Assembly (NCBI GenBank): GCA_963710755.1 | Contig: CAVQBK010000003.1 | Span: 768,001 to 832,000 of the forward strand | Length of the DNA: 64,000 nt | Direction: 5' to 3' | Origin: an uncultured bacterium | Lineage (GTDB): Bacteria; Oederibacteriota; JAAXVQ01; JAUVAV01 | In this document: positions 1 through 9,211 of the stretch, one piece after another | How the letters are laid out: each line of letters starts with the position of its first letter | How positions within the stretch are numbered: the first letter of the stretch is position 1 | Notes under the pieces: model-generated | Database searches by the model: none | What the model was told of the DNA's origin: nothing | The model's input: only the letters and a program-made list of their open reading frames with translations | Made by a program: the position numbers and the translations under genes

Positions 1-1
1 C

Positions 2-388
2 ATCCGGGCGTTGGCAGCTTTGCAACAGCGTTTTCCGGGATTGCAGGTTGCCGGCGGCAGGGATGGTTTTTGGACGCAGGCAGAGGAAGAAGCTGTGGTT
101 GAAGCTGTCAACCAATCAGGAGCAGCGGTGCTGTTGGTGGCCTTGGGCCAGCCGAGGCAAGAAATGTTTTTAAACCGTTATCGCCGGTGTCTGAAGGTAA
201 AAGTCGCCATGGGCGTAGGCGGAAGTCTGGACGTATTGGCAGGGCGGGTGAAACGGGCGCCCCGCTGGCTGCAGCGGTTAGGTTTGGAGTGGCTGGTAAG
301 GCTGCTGCAGGAACCGTGCCGTTGGCGGCGAATGCTGGGGTTGCCGCATTTTGTTTATTTGGTATTAAGAGCAAAAATAAGAGGATAA
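2..388 (+). CDS. WecB/TagA/CpsF-family glycosyltransferase (5' partial)
   Basis: Motifs VALGQPRQEMF, MGVGGSLDVLAGRVKRAPRWLQRLGLEWLVRLLQEP.RWRR; frame is open to the window edge. Confidence 0.92.
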   Translation: MRALAALQQRFPGLQVAGGRDGFWTQAEEEAVVEAVNQSGAAVLLVALGQPRQEMFLNRYRRCLKVKVAMGVGGSLDVLAGRVKRAPRWLQRLGLEWLVRLLQEPCRWRRMLGLPHFVYLVLRAKIRG

Positions 389-390
389 AT

Positions 391-1737
391 ATGTCAAAAG
401 TAATCGTATTTTCAGAAGACCGGGCGCTCAAGGATGAGTTGCGAACTCAGTTTCCTCATCCCCGCTACAGCATGGATGAGCTGCGCGAAAAGGATGCCTT
501 GCTTGACCATGTCAGTGCCATTGTCTATGACGTGATCGTGTTGGACGCCAGAACTGTGGGCGGAGACATGGACCTGGTCTCTATTTTACGCCAAATGGGT
601 ATGCAAAAAATACTCTGGCTGACAATGGAACAGAATATTGGCAATGCGGCCGACGCCATTAAGCGGGGCGCTGATTTCTACCTTACCCTGCCGTTGAATG
701 CGAATTTCCTCAATCAACTGTTAGGGGAGTGGGAGCGGGATGACCAGCAAACCATGACCCTGGCGCCGTTGCCGGATGTGATGGAATTTGAAGAAACTAA
801 GTTCGTTGGTCGCAGCGAGAAAATCAAACATGTTTTTTTTATGGCTGCCAGGCTAGCGCCCACTGATTCCACCGTGGTGATCACCGGGGAAACCGGCGTG
901 GGCAAAGAACTGGTGGCGCGCACTATCCATCGCCTTTCCGGGCGCAGCAATAAACCTTTTGTGGCCATTAACTGCGGCGCCATTCCGGAAAATCTGTTGG
1001 AATCGGAATTGTTCGGGTTCAAGAAGGGGGCCTTCACCGGGGCCAATCAGGACAGACCGGGATTGTTCCAACAGGCCAATGGCGGGACCTTCTTTCTCGA
1101 TGAAATCGGGGAGCTTTCTTTGGATATGCAGGTCAAACTGTTGCGGGTGCTGGAGGAAAACAAGGTCAGGCCTTTGGGTGGTGCTGAAGAACTGCCGGTT
1201 AATGTTCGCATCCTGGCGGCCACCAATCGCGATTTATCGCTGGAGGTGCAGGCCGGCCGATTCCGCATGGACTTATTTTACCGAATCAATGTGATTGATA
1301 TTATGGTACCGCCTTTGCGGGAACGGCCTGAGGACATTCCACCGCTGGTTAAATTTTTTCTGGAAAAATACAACAGCCGGTTTAATAAAAATGTCATCTC
1401 CATTACCCGCGATGCGCTCTTTGGATTGATGCAATATGATTACCCTGGCAATGTACGGGAATTGGAAAATATTGTTCAGCATGGTGTGTTGCTTTCCGAA
1501 GGCAATGTGATTTCCAAGACTTCACTGCCGCCCCGGGTGTTTCAACGAGCCCAACTGGCCATTGAAGGCTCCAAAAAAGAGCAAAATGTCAATATTGACC
1601 AGGCAGAGGAGGAACTGATTAAGCAAGCGCTCATGCGTTTCGAAGGTAATCAAACGGAGGCTGCAAAAAATTTAGGTATTAGCCGATCCACCTTATGGCG
1701 GAAAATTAAGGCATACAAGTTGGAAAATTTCAAATAA
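391..1737 (+). CDS. Sigma54-dependent enhancer-binding protein (receiver-like domain, AAA+, Fis-type HTH)
   Basis: GETGVGKE, ESELFG..KGAFTGA, FLDEIGE, LFYRINV, C-terminal GNQTEAAKNLGISRSTLWRK; ATG 391 follows GAGG. Confidence 0.95.
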   Translation: MSKVIVFSEDRALKDELRTQFPHPRYSMDELREKDALLDHVSAIVYDVIVLDARTVGGDMDLVSILRQMGMQKILWLTMEQNIGNAADAIKRGADFYLTLPLNANFLNQLLGEWERDDQQTMTLAPLPDVMEFEETKFVGRSEKIKHVFFMAARLAPTDSTVVITGETGVGKELVARTIHRLSGRSNKPFVAINCGAIPENLLESELFGFKKGAFTGANQDRPGLFQQANGGTFFLDEIGELSLDMQVKLLRVLEENKVRPLGGAEELPVNVRILAATNRDLSLEVQAGRFRMDLFYRINVIDIMVPPLRERPEDIPPLVKFFLEKYNSRFNKNVISITRDALFGLMQYDYPGNVRELENIVQHGVLLSEGNVISKTSLPPRVFQRAQLAIEGSKKEQNVNIDQAEEELIKQALMRFEGNQTEAAKNLGISRSTLWRKIKAYKLENFK

Positions 1738-1981
1738 CGCCATAAGCCGACCTTATTGGCACACGAGTCCTTGGTCATGACAGACCAAAGCGTAGCGCTC
1801 GCCATGAGTCTGACGCATTGTTTCACAGGCTGTTCAAATCAACGTAGTTTGTATGAAAATGAAACAACCTACTTAAGATAGAACTCACTTCATAAATTTC
1901 ACCAAGGCAGTGGAGGGCTTTGAATAAGCGTATAACGAGATTGGGGAGTTTGAAGGGACTTTTTAAATAGCATTGGTAATT

Positions 1982-1996
1982 TGGCACTGTTTTTGC
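1982..1996 (+). promoter_or_regulatory. Sigma54 (-24/-12) promoter of dnaK(1)
   Basis: TGGCAC-TGTTT-TTGC with exact GG-N10-GC spacing, about 50 bp upstream of the dnaK ATG and downstream of a bEBP gene. Confidence 0.85.
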
Positions 1997-2048
1997 GTTA
2001 TCATAAGTTACCTGGAAACGTATTATCCAAATAAAGGGGGTTAGACAT

Positions 2049-3974
2049 ATGAGCAAAGTTTTAGGTATTGATTTGGGGACTACCAATTCCTGCATGGCCG
2101 TCATGCAGGGTTCGGAAGCCGTGGTTATTCCCAATGCCGAAGGGACGCGTACCACACCTTCCATTGTGGCTTTTACCAAAACTCATGAACGCCTGGTGGG
2201 CCAAACGGCCAAGCGGCAAGCGGTGACCAATCCGGAAAACACGATATTTTCCGTCAAACGGTTTATTGGCCGCCGGTTTACAGAGGCCACACACGAAGAA
2301 GAAATGGTTCCTTTTAAGACCAAAGCCGCATCCAATGGAGACGTGCAGATTGAAGCTCAGGGTAAGCCTTACGCGCCGCCCGAGATTTCAGCCATGATTC
2401 TGCAAAAACTTAAAACCGATGCCGAAGCCTACCTGGGCGAAAGTGTCACTGATGCCGTGATCACGGTGCCGGCTTATTTTAATGATAGCCAGCGCCAGGC
2501 CACCAAGGATGCCGGTAAGATCGCGGGGTTGAACGTGTTGCGCATTATCAACGAGCCCACGGCTGCAGCTCTGGCTTATGGTATGGATAAAAAAAGCAAT
2601 GAGAAAATCGCCATTTATGACTTGGGTGGTGGTACCTTTGATATTTCCATTCTGGAACTGGGTGATGGAGTATTTGAAGTGAAGTCCACCAACGGCGATA
2701 CTCACCTGGGTGGTGATGATTTCGACCAGGTGCTGATCAATTGGCTGGCCGACGAATTTAAAAAAGAAAATACGGTGGATTTACGTCAGGACAAAATGGC
2801 GCTGCAACGATTGAAAGAAGGTGCGGAAAAAGCCAAATGTGAATTGTCCAGCATGATGCAAACGGAAATTAATTTGCCCTACATTACGGCCGATGCTTCG
2901 GGGCCCAAGCATTTAAATGTGACCTTGAGCCGAAGCAAACTGGAGCAACTAACGGAAGCATTGGTCAACCGCAGCCTGGATCCGGTTAAAAAAGCTCTGA
3001 GCGACGCCGGACTGGCCGCCAAGGACATCAATGAGGTGATTCTGGTGGGCGGTATGACCAGAATGCCTTTGGTTCAAAAAAAGGTCAAAGAGTTCTTCAA
3101 CAGCGAACCGCACAAAGGTGTCAACCCCGACGAAGTCGTGGCCATCGGTGCGGCCATCCAAGGCGGTGTGCTCAAAGGCGAAGTTAAAGATGTGCTGTTG
3201 CTGGATGTGACGCCCCTGTCTTTGGGCGTGGAGACACTGGGCGGTGTTATGACCAAGCTGATAGAACGCAACACCACCATTCCCACCAAGAAGAGTGAGG
3301 TCTTTTCCACAGCTGCGGACAATCAGAACAGCGTGGAGATCCATGTATTGCAAGGGGAGCGGGAATTGGCGCGGGATAATAAATCCATCGGACGTTTCCA
3401 TCTCGATGGCATTCCGCCGGCACCTCGCGGGGTGCCGCAGGTCGAAGTTTCTTTTGACATCGATGCCAACGGTATTTTAAATGTTAATGCTAAAGACCTG
3501 GGTACGGGCAAGGAGCAAAAAATCACCATAACCGCCAATTCCGGTTTAGCGGACAATGAAGTGGACCGGATGATCAAGGAAGCAGAGTCCCATGCCTCGG
3601 AAGACAAGAAAAAACGTGAAGCCATTGACATCAAGAATCAAGGGGACAACGTGCTTTATCAGACTGAAAAAAGCCTGACGGAACTGGGCGATAAGGTGCC
3701 GGCACCAGCCAAGGGCAAAATCGAAGCTGCCCAAGGCCGCCTGCGCGAAGCCCTCAAAGGTGAGAACACCGAGGAAATCAAGTCCGCCATGGACAGCTTA
3801 AACCAAGTCTTTCAGGAGATCTCGTCCGAGCTGTACAAGCAGCAGGGCCAGCAGGATGCTGGTCAGGCTGGTGACGGTGCTGCGGCTGAAGCTGCACCGG
3901 CCCCCCCCCAAGAGGGTGATGGTGAAACCATTGACGCAGACTATAAAGTGGTGGATGAGAATAATAACAAATAA
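2049..3974 (+). CDS. dnaK: Chaperone DnaK (Hsp70), copy 1
   Basis: [36 protein letters not shown]-terminal DADYKVVD. Confidence 0.98.
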   Translation: MSKVLGIDLGTTNSCMAVMQGSEAVVIPNAEGTRTTPSIVAFTKTHERLVGQTAKRQAVTNPENTIFSVKRFIGRRFTEATHEEEMVPFKTKAASNGDVQIEAQGKPYAPPEISAMILQKLKTDAEAYLGESVTDAVITVPAYFNDSQRQATKDAGKIAGLNVLRIINEPTAAALAYGMDKKSNEKIAIYDLGGGTFDISILELGDGVFEVKSTNGDTHLGGDDFDQVLINWLADEFKKENTVDLRQDKMALQRLKEGAEKAKCELSSMMQTEINLPYITADASGPKHLNVTLSRSKLEQLTEALVNRSLDPVKKALSDAGLAAKDINEVILVGGMTRMPLVQKKVKEFFNSEPHKGVNPDEVVAIGAAIQGGVLKGEVKDVLLLDVTPLSLGVETLGGVMTKLIERNTTIPTKKSEVFSTAADNQNSVEIHVLQGERELARDNKSIGRFHLDGIPPAPRGVPQVEVSFDIDANGILNVNAKDLGTGKEQKITITANSGLADNEVDRMIKEAESHASEDKKKREAIDIKNQGDNVLYQTEKSLTELGDKVPAPAKGKIEAAQGRLREALKGENTEEIKSAMDSLNQVFQEISSELYKQQGQQDAGQAGDGAAAEAAPAPPQEGDGETIDADYKVVDENNNK

Positions 3975-4044
3975 GAGACGTTGTTGCTCCTGAGGCGACT
4001 ATTAGGCCCTTGGGGAGGACAGTGTTGACAGAAAAAAAGACATC

Positions 4045-4078
4045 AAGTAAGGGCGCACTGCGGTGCGCCCTTACTTTT
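4045..4078 (+). terminator. Intrinsic terminator / REP-like palindrome after dnaK
   Basis: AAGTAAGGGCGCAC-TGCG-GTGCGCCCTTACTT, a 14-bp perfect stem ending in TTTT. Confidence 0.75.
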
Positions 4079-4129
4079 AAAGACCGCCAGTTAATCACCC
4101 CTGGGGCGTCAGCCACAGGAAGAACCAAA

Positions 4130-4157
4130 GAACCCGACGATTTGCAAAGGGGTCTGA
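4130..4157 (+). promoter_or_regulatory. Possible ECF (sigmaE-type) promoter of degP
   Basis: GAACCC-N17-TCTGA resembles the sigmaE consensus GAACTT-N16-TCTGA. Confidence 0.35.
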
Positions 4158-4196
4158 GCCGAGTTGGAAGGTACGAGCTGTAAAGGAGGAACGTTT

Positions 4197-5651
4197 ATGC
4201 TGCATCGAATTGCCCATCCCCTCAAAATGATAGTTTTGATGCTGGTGGTAACTCTGGGGCCCGGTCTGCTGTGGGCCAAGCCAGCCATGATTCCCGCCAC
4301 CTTTGCTGATATTGCCGAAAAAGTCAGACCCAGCGTGGTCAATATCAGCAGCGTCCGTATTGTCAATAGTCCCTATAACAATTTTAATCAGTTTAATGAT
4401 CCGGTTATGCAGGAATTTTTTCGGCATTTTTTTGGTCCCAACTGGTCCATGCAACAGCAACAACCTCAGAAATCAGTGAGCTTGGGGTCTGGCGTTATTG
4501 TGGACGGCAAAGGTTATATCCTCACTAATTATCATGTGGTGGACAAGGCCAATGAAATCATAGTGAAACTGAAGGATGGCAAGGAGTATCAGGCGACGTT
4601 GGTGGGCAGTGATTCCAAAACCGATTTAGCCGTTATTCAATTGAAGAAAAAAGCTGATTGGGTGGCGGCGGATTTGGGGGATTCCGATCAAGTGCGCGTG
4701 GGGGATTGGGTTCTGGCCCTGGGCAGTCCTTTTGGTTTGGAGCAGACCGTGACCTCCGGCATTATCAGTGCCAAAAGCCGGACCATTGGTCAGGGGCCTT
4801 ACGATGATTTTCTACAAACTGATGCCAGCATTAATCCCGGCAATTCAGGCGGGCCTCTGGTGAATTTGGACGGTCAGGTCATCGGCATAAACACGGCCAT
4901 TGTCAGCCAGTCGGGAGGTTCTATTGGCATAGGCTTTGCCATTCCCATTAATATGGCCAAGAAAATTTACCAGGATATCGTGGTTATGGGCAGCGTGCGT
5001 CGTGGATGGCTGGGGGTGAATGTTCAAAATTTAACGGCCAGCCTGAGTAGTCGCTTCAACCTGCCCGACAGCACCCGGGGGGTGCTGATTAATGCGGTCT
5101 TTAAAGATGGGCCTGCTGATCAAGCTGGGATCAAACCAGGGGATGTGCTGGTGCGTTTTAAGGACCGGCAGGTCACATCGGACAAGGAGCTGCTGAGACT
5201 GGTGGCTCAAGCCGCAGAAGGTGAAAAAATTCCCATAGCCATTTTGCGTGATGGGACGATCAAACAAATGCACGTGAAAATAGGGGATCTTGACAAAGCT
5301 CAGCGGCAGCAAAGTGTTGAGCGGGCAGCCGTCGCGGCGTCAACAACACCTGCGACCAACCGTGATCTTTTAGGTCTGGAGGTGAACGACTATGGCCATA
5401 ATCAATCCCAAAGCCGTGGTCAGCGGGTCACGGCCGGCGTGGTGATCGTCAGTGTACAACCGGGCAGTCCGGCGGAAGGCGCTGGGTTGCTGCCGGGCGA
5501 TGTCATTCGCGAGGTCAACCGTCAACAAGTCAACGAGACCAAGGGCTTTAATACCCTGGTCAACCGTTTGAAGCCGGGTGAAGATCTGTTGCTGCTTTTG
5601 GAACGGCATGACTATGCCATCTACGTGGCCATGAAAATACCCACCCCTTAA
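4197..5651 (+). CDS. degP: Do/DegP (HtrA) periplasmic serine protease with two PDZ domains
   Basis: Signal peptide, LTNYHVV, TDLAV, QTDASINPGNSGGPL, two PDZ domains; RBS AAAGGAGG. Confidence 0.93.
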   Translation: MLHRIAHPLKMIVLMLVVTLGPGLLWAKPAMIPATFADIAEKVRPSVVNISSVRIVNSPYNNFNQFNDPVMQEFFRHFFGPNWSMQQQQPQKSVSLGSGVIVDGKGYILTNYHVVDKANEIIVKLKDGKEYQATLVGSDSKTDLAVIQLKKKADWVAADLGDSDQVRVGDWVLALGSPFGLEQTVTSGIISAKSRTIGQGPYDDFLQTDASINPGNSGGPLVNLDGQVIGINTAIVSQSGGSIGIGFAIPINMAKKIYQDIVVMGSVRRGWLGVNVQNLTASLSSRFNLPDSTRGVLINAVFKDGPADQAGIKPGDVLVRFKDRQVTSDKELLRLVAQAAEGEKIPIAILRDGTIKQMHVKIGDLDKAQRQQSVERAAVAASTTPATNRDLLGLEVNDYGHNQSQSRGQRVTAGVVIVSVQPGSPAEGAGLLPGDVIREVNRQQVNETKGFNTLVNRLKPGEDLLLLLERHDYAIYVAMKIPTP

Positions 5652-5661
5652 ATGACAGTAC

Positions 5662-5690
5662 TTGACAGGGTCTGGCAATGACTCTATAAT
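5662..5690 (+). promoter_or_regulatory. Sigma70 promoter of metK
   Basis: Perfect TTGACA-N17-TATAAT. Confidence 0.85.
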
Positions 5691-5835
5691 CGGCACCGTT
5701 ACCCGGCCCGGATATTATGTGCGGGCTTTGTTTTCAAAATAAAAAACGCCTACCATCCCGATCACCGTTATGGATCCGGAGCATGCCCAGAACATGCAGC
5801 GGTAGGCTGATGCGGTTTATCGCGGAAGGAGCATT

Positions 5836-6993
5836 ATGGATCATCAAGGGAATTTTTATTTTACCTCCGAGTCGGTTTCCGAGGGTCATCCGGACAAGGT
5901 GGCTGATCAGATATCCGATGCAGTTCTCGACGCCTGTCTCGCTAAAGACCCCCTCAGCCGGGTGGCTTGTGAAACGCTGGTGACGACTCAGACGGTGGTG
6001 GTGGCCGGTGAGATTACCACCAAGGCTCACCTGGATGTTAATGCGATTGTAAAAAAGGTGATTACCCAGATCGGGTATAATGATCCTGCCTTGGGGTTTG
6101 ATCAGGAGAATTGTACCATTATAACAGCCTTGCATACCCAATCGCCTGATATTGCCATGGGTGTGGATCGGGATGGCGCCGGTGACCAGGGCATGATGTT
6201 TGGTTATGCCACCCGGGAAACACCGGAGCTCATGCCGCTGCCCATTATGTTGGCACACAAACTGGTCGCGCAATTGACCAAACTCCGGAAACAGAAAAAA
6301 ATCACCTATTTGAGACCGGATGCCAAGTCTCAAGTTTCCGTGGAATATCAAAATGGAAAACCAGTCCGCGTGGATGCTGTGGTGATCAGTACCCAGCATG
6401 CCCCCACGGTCAAACAAGCCACTATAAAAAAAGATGTCATTGCCCAGGTGATTAAGCCGGTTATTCCGGCTAAGCTTTTGGATAAAAATACCAAGTTTCA
6501 TGTCAATCCCACCGGTCAATTTATTGTGGGCGGTCCTCATGGGGATACTGGTCTGACGGGGCGCAAGATAATTGTGGACACCTATGGTGGCATGGGCCGG
6601 CATGGTGGCGGTGCTTTTTCCGGAAAAGACCCCTCCAAAGTGGATCGTTCTGCAGCTTACATGGCCAGGTATGTGGCCAAAAATATCGTGGCCAGCCAGT
6701 TGGCTGACCGCTGCGAAGTGCAGTTATCCTATGCTATTGGAGTGGCCAAACCAACCTCGGTAATGATCAATTGTTTTGGCACCCAGCGAGTTGCTGAAGA
6801 TAGATTGGCCACTTTAGTTAGAAAAACCTTTGATTTGACGCCCAAGGGCATTATTGCCCATTTGAACCTGCGCCGCCCTGGTTATCAACAAACCGCCTCC
6901 AATGGTCATTTTGGCCATGCTGGTTATGCCTGGGAAAAAACAGACAAAGCAGCCAGCTTAAAGGCAGCCGCAGCACCTTATCTTAAAAAATAA
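5836..6993 (+). CDS. metK: S-adenosylmethionine synthetase
   Basis: [35 protein letters not shown]. Confidence 0.98.
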   Translation: MDHQGNFYFTSESVSEGHPDKVADQISDAVLDACLAKDPLSRVACETLVTTQTVVVAGEITTKAHLDVNAIVKKVITQIGYNDPALGFDQENCTIITALHTQSPDIAMGVDRDGAGDQGMMFGYATRETPELMPLPIMLAHKLVAQLTKLRKQKKITYLRPDAKSQVSVEYQNGKPVRVDAVVISTQHAPTVKQATIKKDVIAQVIKPVIPAKLLDKNTKFHVNPTGQFIVGGPHGDTGLTGRKIIVDTYGGMGRHGGGAFSGKDPSKVDRSAAYMARYVAKNIVASQLADRCEVQLSYAIGVAKPTSVMINCFGTQRVAEDRLATLVRKTFDLTPKGIIAHLNLRRPGYQQTASNGHFGHAGYAWEKTDKAASLKAAAAPYLKK

Positions 6994-7054
6994 GGGTCAG
7001 CTCAAGCTTCGACCGCTTCATTAAGGCGAAGACCTTATTGGCCAAAGGATGTTC

Positions 7055-8065
7055 ATGACGGAACCATTGAAACGAAGTGCCGCATTGGCAGTGGTGATCA
7101 TAGGGGTAGTGAGTATGGGCTGGCAGACCCTGCTGGTTGCCCAGGAAGCCATAACGCCCACAGCAACGGCTGTGGTTGATCCTAGCCAACTTTTAGAAAT
7201 GAATCCTGTGGGGCAAACCCGGCCGGTCCAGCCTGCAGTAAGCGATGAATTAATCGTTCCCCAAGAGCAGGATCAAGAACCCGACTCCCTGGCAGCTGGT
7301 GTTGAGCCGGCTGCAACCGCCGTGCCTACGGTGATTCCCTCAGGACCTTTGACCCACATTATTCATGCCGTCATATTATCCCCTTTCTATCTTTCCGCCA
7401 ATTTGCCCCAGGTCGACCGCACGGAACTGGATCTGGGACTCTTGATCAGCCAGCATCCTGGCCTTAATGTGTCCCTGGCCTGGGGCGCTACACCGGAACT
7501 TATGGCGTCTGCCCGACTGGCAGTACAAGGCGCCAGTTACACCACCGGCTTGGGGCTGCTCTATGCTTTACGGCCGGAATTAGCTGCTGAGATCAAACCT
7601 GGCCTGGCCTTGTCCGCCCAGTGGCGGGGACAGAATTTTCGAACCAATGATGAAGCCCGAAGCAACATTTACCGCGGTAATCGCTTCAATCTGGGGGTGG
7701 TGGCTTCCAAGGATTTGGGGAGTTTGGCGCTGGGATTGAACACTGATCAGGCATTGGTAGATTTTTTACATTTTTTTAGACTGCATGTGGAAGCCTTAAC
7801 TGAATATCAAACCGGCAGGGTGGAAGTGACGGAAGCACCCCTGAGCAGGCTGGAATTTGGTATTGCAGGTACCATGGAAATAATCATGGTTCCCAAGCGA
7901 ATTTACTTAACCCTCACTTATCGTTCTCTTTCGGACTGGCTCAATGAAGATGATCGTTATATCGGCCTTCGATATTATCCCCGCGAAGATTTTTCCTTGG
8001 ACTTACTGGGCGGCTGGTTGGGTCCGGAAGCGGTCCTCAATTTTGGATTGGGATGGCTTTTTTAA
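7055..8065 (+). CDS. Hypothetical exported protein, possible outer-membrane beta-barrel
   Basis: N-terminal hydrophobic signal, low-complexity P/T/A linker, alternating beta-type segments, C-terminal NFGLGWLF. Confidence 0.6.
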   Translation: MTEPLKRSAALAVVIIGVVSMGWQTLLVAQEAITPTATAVVDPSQLLEMNPVGQTRPVQPAVSDELIVPQEQDQEPDSLAAGVEPAATAVPTVIPSGPLTHIIHAVILSPFYLSANLPQVDRTELDLGLLISQHPGLNVSLAWGATPELMASARLAVQGASYTTGLGLLYALRPELAAEIKPGLALSAQWRGQNFRTNDEARSNIYRGNRFNLGVVASKDLGSLALGLNTDQALVDFLHFFRLHVEALTEYQTGRVEVTEAPLSRLEFGIAGTMEIIMVPKRIYLTLTYRSLSDWLNEDDRYIGLRYYPREDFSLDLLGGWLGPEAVLNFGLGWLF

Positions 8066-8300
8066 TACATCCTCCTTTATCTTCGCATTTCAATGCAGGG
8101 ATGAATGAGAACTATAAAAATAAAATCCTTTCCTATCACAAGCACAGCATGCTGCACGATAATTTTATTCTGATTTTTCGGTTTAAGTGATAGCTAAAAG
8201 GAGTTGCTTTTTACCACCTCTCCAGAAACGGAATAATATCAAATGATCCCATTTTTTATAAAAAACGATTAACATTACAAAAATAATGCCGTTGCTATCA

Positions 8301-8330
8301 TTGACGACTTTATAGGGCTGCTGTTATAAT
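8301..8330 (+). promoter_or_regulatory. Sigma70 promoter (extended -10)
   Basis: TTGACG-N18-TATAAT with TGn before the -10, in an AT-rich region. Confidence 0.7.
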
Positions 8331-8364
8331 TGCCGAAATACTTTTTATAAAAGTTAACAAAGAG

Positions 8365-9195
8365 GTGAAACTTATGCGATTTTATGGAAAAAGCATACTT
8401 TTGTTCAGCTTTTATATAATTCCACTTCTACTGGTAATTGGCTGCGGGCAGAACAGAAATTTTTTTGCACCTCTTCACAGTGATGGCATTGAATCCAATG
8501 CCAGTGTATTGGTAGCTGACGGCAAAGCGGCTTTGGAACGGGGAGATTACGGCAGCGCAGAAACTTATTTTGGTCTGGCCAAATTACATAATCCCAAAAA
8601 TTCGGAAGCCCGTATAGGCTATGCCGAGGCTTATCTTAAAAGCCATGGGTTTAGTCTGGGCACTTTTGTGGTCCGGCTGCTCGATCAATTGAATGATCAA
8701 AGTGCAGGACAAACTTTTGCCTTTATCCAGCCAGCGGATTGGGGACAGGCCAATCTGGCGGACTTAAATGATATTTTTCAAACCGTGATCGACTGCCTTG
8801 ATCCGATTGCTTTAGGCCTTACCGAAGGGCCGGTGTCCTCATTGGATATTGATGTCAATCTGACGACCGGTATGTTTTATATTCTCTCCTTCGGCCTGGA
8901 ACTGGAAACCTTGAGCACCCAATATGAGGTGGTCACCCTGCCCAAAAGCGAAGTGCAAGCGTCTTTGCCCACCGTGCCGTCCACAGTTTGGGATCAGTTG
9001 CCCGATGAATTTCTTTGGTTCAAGGATATAACCAGCAGCGACCTGCCTACCTTGGCTGACATCACCCAATTTAAAACCGATATTAATAACGGCCTGGCCC
9101 GCCTGCGGGTGGCGGCCAGTCAGAGTTCCTCACCGGATATGCTCAACCAGGTTATTGATCTGTTCAACAACTGGGAACAACTGGCCAACCAGTAA
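8365..9195 (+). CDS. Putative lipoprotein with TPR-like repeat
   Basis: Lipobox LVIGC; TPR-like GKAALERGDYGSAETYFGLAKLHNPKNSEARIGYAEA. Confidence 0.7.
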   Translation: MKLMRFYGKSILLFSFYIIPLLLVIGCGQNRNFFAPLHSDGIESNASVLVADGKAALERGDYGSAETYFGLAKLHNPKNSEARIGYAEAYLKSHGFSLGTFVVRLLDQLNDQSAGQTFAFIQPADWGQANLADLNDIFQTVIDCLDPIALGLTEGPVSSLDIDVNLTTGMFYILSFGLELETLSTQYEVVTLPKSEVQASLPTVPSTVWDQLPDEFLWFKDITSSDLPTLADITQFKTDINNGLARLRVAASQSSSPDMLNQVIDLFNNWEQLANQ

Positions 9196-9211
9196 TCACG
9201 AGGGGGAGATT

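Noticed and set aside
187-390. N-terminal extension of the bEBP in the ORF track
   Set aside because: Overlaps the glycosyltransferase; the RBS supports ATG 391
1756-1772. Second TTGGCAC as a sigma54 site
   Set aside because: No GC at the -12 position
5734-6603. Long antisense ORFs opposite metK (also opposite msbA, pyrG, glmS, GH57)
   Set aside because: Shadow ORFs of conserved genes with no recognisable domains
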